Shown here piece by piece: positions 26,095 to 38,949 of a DNA stretch of 64,000 nucleotides (positions within the stretch are counted from its first letter, which is position 1; each line of letters starts with the position of its first letter). The notes below the pieces were generated by a model. That model saw only the letters and a program-made list of their open reading frames with translations. It had not been told where the DNA came from and did not search any database. Made by a program: the position numbers and the translations under genes. Where the stretch lies: contig OZ004608.1 in the NCBI GenBank assembly GCA_963924565.1, positions 9,486,001-9,550,000 on the forward strand, written 5' to 3'. This DNA is from Ascidiella aspersa (taxonomy: Eukaryota).

Positions 26095-26482
26095 TGTAGC
26101 ATTTAGCCTACTTTTACGTCACTAAACACGTGACCGTTGTCCACTGACGTGGGACCGCAGCGCCTAGCCAATTGCTTTCCGCGTTTTACAAATAAATTCT
26201 ACCTTATGCATCGTACTGAAATTGTCTTACTCATTAGCGGCTTGAATCACTGCTTTGTCTATCGTTGTGTTTCACTGCTTTGTTTATCGTTGTGTTTACT
26301 CAACGGGCAATTATCTACGGAGTGGATTGACTTTGGCTAGAGTACAAGTAGTTAAGGACAGGTATTCTAGCAACCTTTTCCTTTTGGAGATTAAGAGGTT
26401 GTAAGAGACTAAGGCAGCCGTCGATTCTCGTATATAGGGTCAGCGCCTACTTACACTTAACTATAGACCTCAATTTGCTACA
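26095..26482 (+). repeat. 3' LTR, 388 bp
   Basis: Starts TGTAGCA three bases after the PPT and ends TGCTACA (7-bp terminal inverted repeat, TG...CA); internal AATAAA near 26191. Confidence 0.75.
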
Positions 26483-29400
26483 ATGGTTGCTTGCTAATTC
26501 ACTAAAATAAACCAAACTATATTGGCCTGCACGTTTGTAAGCAGCCGTTTCGATTTCGACCGATGCGCTGTTTTGGGGATGTTTGGTCAAACGTAAGATT
26601 TTAACTCTGAATTACAAATAAATTTAGGCACTTACTCAATATTGTTAAATTTTCATGAGGAGATATAAATGTTAAAAATTATGCCCAATTAACGTGGTTA
26701 CACTAACTTTTGTCGTTTGATTTTATCTCTTTTGTTAATTTATCTATAGTTATGTGCAAATTGTGTTCATATTGAACTGCTACAATTATTGCTAAAACAC
26801 CCTTTTTAATTCTGGTTTATTTTAAGACCGATTCATATTGATACTTCCGAACCCACCAATATATAAAGAGCAGTAGATAGCCTATAGTTTACGGAATAAT
26901 TTGTTTTGTGTAGTAATAAGCAAGGGTAGACTCAGTATTTTTGTTTAGGTGTGCAAAAATCCTGCAGGTGTTAGTGTAAATTAGAACCTTTACTTTAGAT
27001 TAAAGGATACCTGGCGCATCAAAAAAGCTAAGGAGTTTTATAGAATTCGAAACAAAACGTTTGCACAAAGTGCAAAGAAGCGTACTTGGCATTTACCTTG
27101 TTAACAAGTTAGTGTTACAATAGCCATATTAGAAATATATGACCGGCATATGGGAAAACATGCGATAATTTGAAATGGATTCGGGCGGCTTGGTTTTCGA
27201 GGCATACGAAACTTACTTTTTGCTCAATTTATAATTACTTCAGAACTCTGTTCTATTTGCCTCTCATTAGACTTGTTATCACGGATAGGTAAGAACAGCA
27301 CACACATTTAAATTGTTCGGTTATGGTTTGAAAGTTTAAGTTAAACTATTGAACAATGTGGTTTCCTTGTACTTATGCAACCTATTTTATGTTGCCGCAC
27401 AATGTGCCTACAACTTTTAGCCTGCCAAGATGGCATGGTAACCATCGACATTAAATTCTGCTTAGTTTGAAATATCAATTGTTTTTTTGAAGACAATGTC
27501 CCCAAAAGTAAGCAGAAATATTAGAAATAAGCACAAAACGTTAACCCCGTCTATATATGTTTGAAAGCGTTTTTATTATGCACATCCGGTTATCTCAAAA
27601 ACGTGATGCAGCAATCGAAATACGTCTTAATGTTAAAGCGCCTGAAGACCTTTATGTTCGGTGGCTTTCAACTAAAAAAGTTCCTCTTTAACAGTTTAAC
27701 ATTGTATGCAGTTTTGCAGGTCAAATAAATGTTGTCGTGAATTGAATAGCTAAACTTTGATGTTCTTAAAACGAATTAAGGCAAACCAAAAATAAGGTTG
27801 TCAAATAGGTCTGGTATAGCAGTGGAACGGCGCAAATAATTTTTACAGGTAGGCCTACGCCGTATAAAATGTTCCTTTTTCAACAGCTACCTCGGCATCT
27901 CCTTTTATATTTTTTTAATATTTTTTCACAACATCGAACGATAGCCGTAGATTTCCTTAGGTTACTTGTTTTAGATGTCCAGTTATGACGTAGCTTTGTG
28001 ACGTCATTACTAATAATCGTCACGCGTTCCGCTCAAAAAATGACTATGCAAAAATATATTCTATTTCAAAAATGAAAACTCTCAATTTGGACTTGGTTTC
28101 TTTTCAAGTTCAAATAGTTCCACGACATGTCCACGACATGTAAAAGAACAATCGCAATTCTAACTACATACTTCAGAAAATCGATAGACATTTGCTTTCG
28201 TAAAAACGAAAACAGTATTTTTTTTTTTTTTGTAAAGTAAACTGAACTTAACTAGCCAGATACATTACATACAACAAGTTAATATATAATAAAACATAAC
28301 GATAGAGCAAAACATTTAAATAAATTTTGTGTCAAGAGTTTTGCCTGTATACTAGCATTGCTAGTCTGTATGTTATAAAATCAATAATAGCGAAATTTCT
28401 GTTTTTAAAAGTCTCGTGTACTTTAAAAAATGTATATGTAATAGAAGAGAAAACAACATGTTATTATTTTCTTTTTTTTAAGTTTACCCGCATAGGCCAC
28501 ACACTCAAAGCAATGTGGGTTACCTTATCGTGGAAGTGCCGTTATCACGGATAATTTGTGTTGGTGGAATGCTGTTTAAGTCTCCATTATCACCGGTCAG
28601 TCAAATTGTCCGAACGCCTGGACAACAAATCAGGACATGTTTGCATTTTCCATCGTTGCAGAGTCGAACAATGCAAAACTACTACTTCCGCATTTCGGAA
28701 TTGAAAGCATGACGAATCCAACTTGCTGGAGTAGGTTTGTCGAGTCACGCGCACGTTTCTGACAGTCACGCAGTTGTGTCAGTTGTCGCCAGACGAAAGA
28801 TAGATTATAGGCTGTAATTTGCCGGGCATGGAAACCCTGGAAGCCATTTGAACGCAACTTATTCACTAAAACCCCAGAATTTTCTAAGAGGCAAGTAGAA
28901 AGTTGGGCCAGGTGCTAGCGTAAGTCAATAACAGTTGCGTTTTATAGTTATAGGCTCGCTTTAAAGGTGCGGGGGATGTTTAATCGCCCACGGGGAACGG
29001 TTAGGCTATAACAGGGCACAGTACGTTATTGCGGTAACATTATTTGTGTTTGCTAGTTATTAAGTCCTAAAACGTTTGGATTTTAAGATGACTTTTAGTT
29101 AAAACTCCTTGATTTTAATCAAATTCCGCTTTAATTTTAAAATAATTTATAAAAGGTGCTCCATTTACATGTTTTTGTTGGATCGTCTGTTGTTTAGTGT
29201 ACAAGTTTATAGCTTTAAAGCTTCCACACGGGCAACTGTTGCTTCTCATGCCAATCTTTTAATATCGTTTGGTATCTGCGGAAAAAAACCTCGTTTGGAA
29301 TTTGCTTTACGGACCAGATTAAAAGATGAGTGACACTCAACCGATTGTAAGCGCAGCTGAGGATGGTTTGCAGGTGGGTGAAAACTAAACGAAAAAGTAA

Positions 29401-30657
29401 AAACACATGGAGAGTTTAAGCTTTGAAATCATAGCCGTTGTGACAAGTTTGACTGGACATCTAGCGAGGAATTATATTTTTTATGATTTGTTTAACCGGT
29501 TTGAACAAAGGCTGTTTCTGCTTGTGGGCTGCTGATTGTGCGGCAGATTAAACCTCGGCGCACATTTGGTGAAATGCATTCTTTGGCATTGGCTAAAAAT
29601 GCATGCGCATCCGCGTAACTCATTTACTGGCGGCAAACAATTAAAGCGGCGGGTGCAATACAGCAAACTTTGTCCAGGGTACTTTGCGACTGTGGCATAA
29701 CCTGGATTTGCTAAACATCGCCACTAACGTTGTTTTTAACTTCCACGCCAGTGCGCTCGTAATAGAACGTATTCGCTATCAGTTTTCGCAAAACCAAAGG
29801 CCTACTCCGGCCGTGCGTTTGAGGAAACCGTTTAAAGCGGCCAAACATCCACTGCTGATTGTTAAACGCCATTTTTACGACCCGGCAGTTCACTCGCTTC
29901 CATATTGTGGCCGTTTCGATTTGTTGTTGTAAACGATGTTTCGTTTTATGTATAGGCTATTTGGACTATGCGCGTATACTGGTTTCATTAGCTCAACATC
30001 ACCGATAAAACTGACGCGCTTTTCAAAACCTTAACCCTGCCGTTACTTGCAAAACAGCCTTGATGTCAAGTCGAAAGCCTATAAATAAAGACACATTGTG
30101 AATTTTCCCGATATTGTTTACAGCTGCTGTTTGGAGACCACCTTGAAAACTACATAAATTACCGTTTACCAAAATATTTCTCGTTGGAATTTACGTGACC
30201 CTAAATAAAACCAGATAATTGAGCATCTACTGCAATATTGCCTCACAAGGTAGTGGTCTCCTAAAAGCAGCTGGAAACAATATCGGGAAAATGCACAATA
30301 AGTCTTTATGCTTTGAAAACACAAATAATTATCTGTAAATAATTGTTGTTGTTTAATAAGAAACATCATTGTCTCATAACAATGCGTTTTCTTAACTGCG
30401 CTGTGCTACTTTCAGAGATTGAGATTTGAGAACGGAGTATGAATTTACTTGCTGCCAGCAATCAACAACAAAGCACAAAGTTTTTACGAAGTATTGACAT
30501 GAAAAACCTCTCAAATATACTATCTTAATTTTGCAATATTGCCCATCTTTTTACCCGAAAGTCATTACAATAAAGCAGCGGTAGCATAAAATTGCCCAAG
30601 CCACAAACTGTCGAAATATTACGACTCGCCTAACCATAATTTAACTTTAAGTTGCAG

Positions 30658-33600
30658 GGGATCCAAGGCAACAGGGGCCTGTCGGTGGCGGTGGCGGCCA
30701 TCTTTATCGTTGGAACCATGTGTGGCAGTGGAATTCTTGCCCTTCCCAGGGCCCTCGTCGATGCGGGCTGGGCAGGTAATACTTGTGTGGTGCAGAAAAG
30801 GGCGATGATATTTCAATATCTGCGCCGAGCCTAATTGAAATCAATGTTTCCTACCAATTTATAGCCCTTGGCCTTGACGTACTGTACAATAATGAATGAA
30901 TTACTATAATATATTAAAAAAACATATTGATTATTGATTTGGCGACGAAGTGCTGAAGCCATTGTGGATATAGTGTTCTAAAATGTATAGTCCTGGTAAT
31001 TTTATATACATATACATGGTCTTGACAGTTGGCAGAACCTAAAATCTAACTGTAGGTTAAAATACAAGGTAGTATAACTCGAAAGTTTCACTTGGCTTTA
31101 TATAATGTTTTATTATTAAATATGTAACGGAATTAGCTTAAAAAGTTTAGCCAAAGTTTGGGGTAGACACTTCGTATTGAGTTTAGCATCAAGGGTTTAC
31201 ACATAAGAAATCATAATGATATGACCATGGTAAAGAAACCAACATGTTAGAAAGAAAACCTGCATCATAGTTTGATCAACTGGTATTTTCGGAAACGGAC
31301 TTAATTTAAATCTTAAAAGCAAATTCCAAAATTCCAATTTGGAATTGAACTTGGATTGAAATTAAAAAGATAACCCAAACCATATTTCAAATAAAATCAT
31401 ACATAGACATTAATTTTCTTAGATCGACAGTATGTTTTGACCAGACTATAAGGCAACAGCAATAAGGGCTTAAGCATTAGGGCGATTTCGTAAAACTGGC
31501 TAAACATTTCGCGCTTACAGGAACGTTAAAACTGTCGTCTGGCGCGTGATTGCCAAGAGTAATCGTGAAATATCAATTGACTTGGCGGAGATTGCGTGAT
31601 TCTGGACGTAAGAAATCTAATTACTGACAAAGTAATAGCGGTATTTTTACTGTGTAATATTCTCGACCAACCCGAATTCTAAAGCATTTCGCCTAAACTG
31701 GAAAGAACGGGACAAAAAGCTTCGAGCGACTTGCTGGAATTTCCGTGGTCTGAAAAGTGGAATTTGAGCATTAATTACCGTTTCATTGAGCGTTTCTGTG
31801 GCGTTAAAACTTTGAATACTTGAGCATTGATTTATGTACGGGTAATTTTCTTGTAATATTGGGTAAAAAAATGCGGAAATGTGATTGCTGATGAGCAGTA
31901 ATCATGCAACAGCTGGTAATGCAAAATGTAACACAACGGGCATCACCTTAAATTCAACAACACCTCAAAAGAGCATCGTATTGAAACTGCTGCCCTGGTA
32001 CTGATTAGCGATTTCGAAAGCAGTTGATGCTTGGGCGATTAAGGCAATCGCGTCACATTTCGTGTGGTTCGAATGCGACCTACCGCGGAATGACCGACAG
32101 GCTAAAATCCGAGTCACGAGACAACGAACGTCACTAACCACACAATACACTTGTGATGCGCCGCAAATTGCAATGCACGGTGCCTACAGGTCTTCTGTCA
32201 AGTGTACAGCAACGCTATAACAAGAAGGTAATACGAAAACAACAGGTTACACCTTTCAACGTGTAGCGATGTAAACATATTATTCGAATACAACAAAGTT
32301 CAATTAATATCGTTTTTGACAAACAGAAATGTCAAATCAACTTTTTAAAGATTGGAAATTGTGTAATACAGTGGTTCCAATTGCCAAAAACGTTATAAAT
32401 ATAATTTCTTCAGGCGAATCTCAATTTTCTTTTTGCTGTATTTTAGCCCTTTTCGATAAACCGGTATTAATTTTGGCCTAAAAGCCCGCGCACCGAACCG
32501 CGCTTTCTAAAACAACAGTTTTTTTGCGTTTGTGCTACCTTTTTACCATGGTATCTGTGATCCATGGTATCTGTCACTAATTTTTAACAATTATTAAGTA
32601 TAATCGATCAGTATTAAAAGTCTAGCTACGAAAGTATAAAATAGTGCGTATACAGCATTACTCTAAAGCCCAAAGGCAATATTTTTTCCTGCTATATATG
32701 TGTCTGCTATATCCAGCTCGTGTAAGAATATTTCTTAATTCAAGTTCCTCAAAAATACCACCGACTCGTACCTCAAATATGTTAATTCTTTTTCAGTAAA
32801 CTAGGTAAGTTTTAGGTACAAATTTAGCAGCACTTTAAATGCTCGTCCGCCAGTCCACCAGTCCGCCAGTTGATTAGACCTGCAATGAACGAACGTTCGC
32901 ATTCCTTGCAATGTAATTAGCCTTCTAGTTACGTATGTGCGCACGGAATCCCTAGGGTGCCTGTTTTACGTCGTCAAACTTTAACTTAGTTTTGTGCAGT
33001 CATCTTTGGAATTTCCGTGCGTTTTGATAATAATATTTATCAGCTTTGATTTGACCTAAAATCTCAGTTTACCCCTGAGATAATTGGTATAAGTCATCCC
33101 GCTTTCCAGAAGTATTTTTTCTATACCTTATCCTGGTGACAATATAAACACCCTTTGAAACAAGATAAACGCAATACATAAGTTTTTTGCTTCACAATAT
33201 CTCTAGCAATGTTTTTTTTGTTGTTGTGTGTCCTATGCCTTATGTCCCCTGAATTAAAGTTTTGACAATTAAACCAAATAAAGGGATCAATTTTTAGAAT
33301 AGGGCGACAAAGAATCATCTTCGTTATTTCAAGGTGGTCTCACTGATGGGTACTTATTTTAAATCAAAGGGCCGTCGAGCAATTCGAAAAGGGTCGTGGG
33401 AGAAAAACGTTAAGAACCATTTGTAACTAAACACACATTTGTGCCGTTTAGGAATCCCACTTCTGATCATTTGTGGACTCCTGTCGTCCTACACCGGGAG
33501 CATACTGGGCAAGTGCTGGACGATACTGCGCATACGATACCCAAACGAGTACAGCAAAGAAGTTTCCGATCCTTACCCTGCGATCGCCTTCAGAGCAGCT

Positions 33601-36600
33601 GGCAAGTGGGGCAACATTGCCACGCACTTCTGCATTGTTGCAACCCTGTTTGGTGGAGGTAAAATGGCGCAGTTTTAACATTTATTGTACAAGGATAGTT
33701 TACTCTTGTTGTCAGTGCAGTCGCTCACGTTTCCACGGTATATATTTCCATAGCCAGGGCATTTGAGTTGGTCAAAAACAGCCCCGGTCCGACAAACTAG
33801 TACGACTCCGGCTGAAAATATAAAGTTGAGTCTGAATTCAGATTAATTTTCCGATTCCGAGTCAAAACTTCCTGTATACATCCTTTAGATTCTACCCATT
33901 CACTTTTACTAAAACAGGGTTAATGTATTGCAACCCACTCATAAGGGTGTCTGATAACTAAGCCATAAGGAATACGTGGTAGGAAAATATTGCGCCATAT
34001 AATCTACTATTCCACCCATACAAATAACAGTTTTAACGGCCTAAAATTGATAATGCGTATGTGCACGTCGGACTCAAGAGTCGGACGTCGTCTAACTCCT
34101 ACCTGAGTCTCGGTTCCGACTCATAGAAAATTGCCGACTCCCTCAAAGTTACGAGTCCAGAGTCCGACTCCGAATCCGCGGTCCTGTCCCAAAGTAACCG
34201 TGTTGGAGTTTTTAGGTCTTTTTCAAAAAACATTTGGTTTTTATAGCGCCCTATCAATCATTATTTCAAAAAAGAAATGAAAAATTCCCGCTAACAAAAG
34301 ATATTGGCCGAATTATAATGGCTACAGCGCTTTTCATAGCTCAGGACAGTTTTAATTTTTATGATATTATACTATAGACCTGCATATATATGCGAATAAT
34401 AATAATGGATGGTGCTGATACTCATGGCAAAATAGAGTTATCTGTTCTTATACCAAAACCGAACGAAAAAAATGGTTGGTATGTCCAAAAAAGCATGTCC
34501 CCTTAAAAAGCTTGATTATAGGGTAGGCCTACCCTCTTTCAAAGTTGGGAAATCTTGTGACAAGCAAAAATTTAACACAATGCGCTTTTCAGCCACCGTG
34601 TTTCTCCTGCTTATTTCCGGGAATATCTCGAACTTGATCCTCAAGCTGGGCAACAAAGAATTCCACACGTGTTTCATGATACTCATCATTGCTGTAGTCC
34701 TTACACCACTCACGTGGCTTGGTACCCCCAAGGAATTCTGGCAGGCTGGGATTTTGGCCGCGGTCACCACCACTCTTGGAGGCATACTGATTGTTGTCAA
34801 CCTAATCGTGGTAAGCTAATTGTCGCTAATTATAGCTAAGTTATATAGTTTTGAATATCGGTGCAACGTGTTGCTTTGCCAGGAAAGCAAGTTTTATGTT
34901 TACAAATGCCGTTAGCCTACTATAGATTGCCCAAAATGTGTCGACACTGGTAATTATTTGCAAGCATGGTGTTAGCTTCTGACAGGACAACTTAAAGGTG
35001 TTCTCAATTTATAATTATACAATTCATTCATGGACATGTCTATGTATTTTGGATTGGCCATTTCAGATATTAAACTGCACAATATTAGATATTTTAGATA
35101 CATTTTTTAATGTTTAGGCGCAGTAAAAAATTTGAGAAAATTGATAAGGCTGTGACCCAGATGATTTTTATTTTGTTAAAGATGTGATTTGACTACCTTT
35201 TTTAAATTGAGTTTCAAAGGAATGTAAAATGAAAGTCAGAACACAATTTGATTTACTGTAAGCTCAGCACTTTTAATACTGATTAATTGATAGGGCTATG
35301 TCTAGTTCCACTTGTTTTTTAAGTTTCAGTAGTATTTTTGCTGGTCTCCTGTTTCCTGAAAGAAAATTAGCTTAAAACATAAGTCATGGTGTTGATAAAA
35401 CATCCGTTTTCCAAATTACTTGTCTAAAACGAGGTTTTAATTGCAGATGGCAGGTACTACTCCAACAGCACACCATAGCAACCCGACTTTTGCCGGCTTT
35501 TTCAATGCCTTTGGTACGATCCTTTTTGCGTTTGGAGGCGCCAGTTGCTTCCCAACTATACAAGTCGATATGCAGAACCCAGACAAGTTTCCCATTGCCG
35601 TAGTGATTGGGATTTTGGGTAAGCTTGCTGTTTTAAATAAAAGTTGTTTGCTTTGTTGCCTATTTAAAATCTATTGTACACAATAAAACATTTCCAAACT
35701 GAACCCGGTTAAGCGTGCGCTCAATTTCTAAGAATTGTTTTCTCTTTTTAATCGCTCTAGGAGGTTTTGAATAAATCATGCAGTACGCGTATTGTTTGTT
35801 TTACCATATATTAAAAGATTAAACATTCTACAATCTCTGGATGTATTTGCATTTCTTTGAATGCCAAAAAAGGCTATACTAAATAACAGAAAAATATTGC
35901 ATGAGTATTTACGTCTAGCCTGTTTTATATAAACGTGTTAAATCAAAGTTTTGTTTTGTATTTTCTTTTAATAAACTAAAGTACTATGAAGCCTGTTGCA
36001 AGCTTAATGAACGTATAATTCCAATTCCAGGAGTCCAAAACAAAACCTAAGCCTTTTACTCAGCTCAGTTCGGTTCATCAATTCATGTCTTTATGTTTGT
36101 ACAATCCAAGCCCCAAAACAAAATCACGGTCAACACAAAATCACCCTATCTTCATACAAAAATTCCAAATTGAATTTATCATCAACATATCATTAACGCT
36201 TTTCTTCTTCCTCCAGCCGTCCTCTCCCTCTATATTCCTGTCTCGGTCGCCGGATTCGCCGTGATCGGAGACAGGATGTCCAACAGCAACATCCTTGACG
36301 AGCTGGAGGCGGGCTGGATCCTTTACGCCGTCATAATCCTCATCACTTCTCATCTGCTCATGGCTTTCCTCATCGTGATCAACCCGATTAACCAGGCCTT
36401 GGATATTCTGTTTAACCTCGAGAACAGTTGAGTTATTAAGATGTTTATCTTATGCACGCTGTGTGTAAAGCGAAAGATGTTTTTCACAAATTTAACTGGC
36501 CCTCTTATATGACAAGAAATCACACTCGTATCATTCTATTGCCATTTCTTTTCTCCTGACAATGCACCAACCAAACTCTTGAGAGTGGGTTTGTTCGATT

Positions 36601-37651
36601 CAAGCACCTAATGCCACTGAAGCTAAATATAAATCCTGTGAAACGATCGCCTGAAAACTTTTCTATATATTTCTCTATACGAATATGCCCTTTAACTGTT
36701 ACGTGGGGGTTATTTTTCGTAAATTCAACTGCCCCTCTGATAAGGCAAGCAAGGACACTCGTATCCATATAATATCATTACCAAGTTATTCTCGCAAACT
36801 GTACTTGTTTCTCCATCAAGTCTAAAGTCTCTCAAACCTAAGACCTTGGTTATATTCCCAGTTAAGTAACCTCTTAAAATCCTTGCCCACAAATTGCGTA
36901 GAGAGCATTGCAATATAAGAATTTGTGCCAGTTTTATTCAAGGTTTAAACGGGGTGATTTATTCGATTTAAGCACCAAAAATAAAGCCACTAAGGCTAAA
37001 TATAAATTCTGTAAAACAATCGTCGGAATGTGCGATTTTTTTGTCTGATTAAGGTTGTCTGTTCACTTGTTAGTAAGACTATGCCACTTCAATGATATCG
37101 ACTACTACACGTGCTCCCGATGATGTATGTACACTTTAGTGTCATCATTTTTGCGACTTTGTAATACTTTATAAGGATTCACCATCAAGAGGTGCCTCGT
37201 ACGCTCCGGCACCATGGTACTCGTCCTTTTAGCTGCGCTGACCATCCCCCATTTCGGTGTCATCCTTTCCCTGGTGGGAGGAACGACCGTCACCGCCACC
37301 AACTTCCTCTTCCCGCCACTCTTCTACCTCCTCCTAGCGAGACAAAAGTATCCGGAGGACGCATATGGCTCCCTCCCGCAGCTCGATTCCCAGGTGAACA
37401 AAGAGGAGGAGTCGAAGAAGTTTGACTCGGAGGAGGAACCGAAGAAGGCGTCGTTGGTTTATCCTGCCGGCGCGATCCCCTGGGCTCAGTTCGAGATCCC
37501 TATGTACGTCAAAGTGATCCTGGTCGAGATTATTATAATAGGCCTGGTGGGCGGGGTGTCTTCCACCTACTCTGTGATCCTGTCGTTGGTGGACGGATCG
37601 TCGGGATTTACAGTGCCCTGCTACGTGGATTGGGCGACTGCCGACGTTTAG
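30658..37651 (+). CDS. Amino-acid transporter, Aa_trans/AAAP family (AVT1/SLC32-36-38-like); first coding exon not located
   Basis: [76 protein letters not shown]. Phase-consistent exons: 30658-30775, 33452-33658, 34593-34810, 35447-35618, 36217-36426, 37176-37651. Confidence 0.9.
33754..34185. mobile_element. Degenerate MITE-like repeat rich in GAGTC/GACTCC motifs
   Basis: Begins CAGGGC, ends CCGACTCCGAATCCGCGGTCCTG, with many ccgactc/gagtc units inside. TSD unclear. Confidence 0.45.
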
Positions 37652-38949
37652 ACGACGGTGGCTTACATCGCTGATCTTTTCTCGCCTTTGCAAGGCTTTA
37701 TTCTCGATACTACATTACGTGTTATCCTGAAAATAAGTTCTCCTGGTATTTGTTTATAGCAGAAGAACTTAATTGCAGTATATACAATGCCTAGTAGCAT
37801 ATTTATTACGTGTTATCGTTGCAATGGTACATATAATAGCACTGCTGAGTTTGTCAAGCGGGACTCCAATTATTTGTTCGTATTATCGATTGCTGTGAGT
37901 CGAACGCAAATTTCAAGATAAGCACCCAGACGAAACACGTTCATTCTTTGCTTGAACGAAAACGTGCGTGTAATCTCCAAAAATTCAGTCAAGTGAAAAT
38001 CCATTTCCCCTACGCAGTATTTTTGCATGAGAGTTGTTTGTTGATTTGCTTAAGCCAATGACAAAACACGACAAAGCGATAGTTTAAAGTTTAAACAATT
38101 GCTGTTCACCAGCTTTTTTACTTATATCGCAAAATAGTTTTTTTGTCCCAATTTGTTTTGTCAAGTAAGTTCCAAGCGTATTTTAAAGTTAATCATGCGA
38201 GAATTTGTTACTGAATATTATCATAGCAGTGTTTTTATTTTGATTCGTTTCCATCAGCACTTAATGGCCGCATTTCCTGTGATCAATGCTTCTAATTACA
38301 AAAACAGACCAATACGTTAATGACGTGACTTAAAATTTAAGCAGCGTATGAGCCGTGAAAATGTTAAAAGTATTTATTTCCATTAAAAAACCAACACATA
38401 AATAAATAAACAAACTAATTTAGTAGATATTTGCACTTTTTTTCAATTTTAGGCCACAGTTTGTAACCCGGGTAACATAGTTCATTTAGGGCGGCTAAAC
38501 ACAAAAAGGAAACAATGTAAGCTTAATAAGATTTGTGATACTTCTAAATTGCTCAACCGTATGTTTATGTCATAAAATGATATTTGATTGCCAAAAGAAT
38601 CTCAATAATATTAATTTGTTACTGTTTTAATGCTTTTGTCTATTTTCATTAAATTGAATTATGTCTAATACAAACAAATGAGTACACTTAATGATCGCAA
38701 TAGCATTGTACATGACGTGATTTTACCCGAATTCGCAATCAGGAATACATGCTTTTGTGTTAAATTTGTGTCATTAGCACCTTAACATCTTGTTTTCTGT
38801 AGGTCGTTAATAGAAATACACGCACAGTCTGTATTCTGTATCCTCGTTAATGGGATTGTCAGCTCTCCAAATGGCACTGACATATTCTGAATCGAAAGGA
38901 CGGCCCTCTTAATTAAATGGCACGCGGTAATCGCATCATTCATTGCCTG

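Larger units (their letters stand above)
24300..26482 (+). mobile_element. 5'-truncated Ty3/Gypsy LTR retrotransposon (integrase, 3' region, PPT, 3' LTR)
   Basis: Integrase remnant 24300-25200; polypurine tract GGAAGGGGGA 26082-26091; LTR 26095-26482. No RT, gag or 5' LTR recognised. The left boundary is approximate. Confidence 0.85.
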
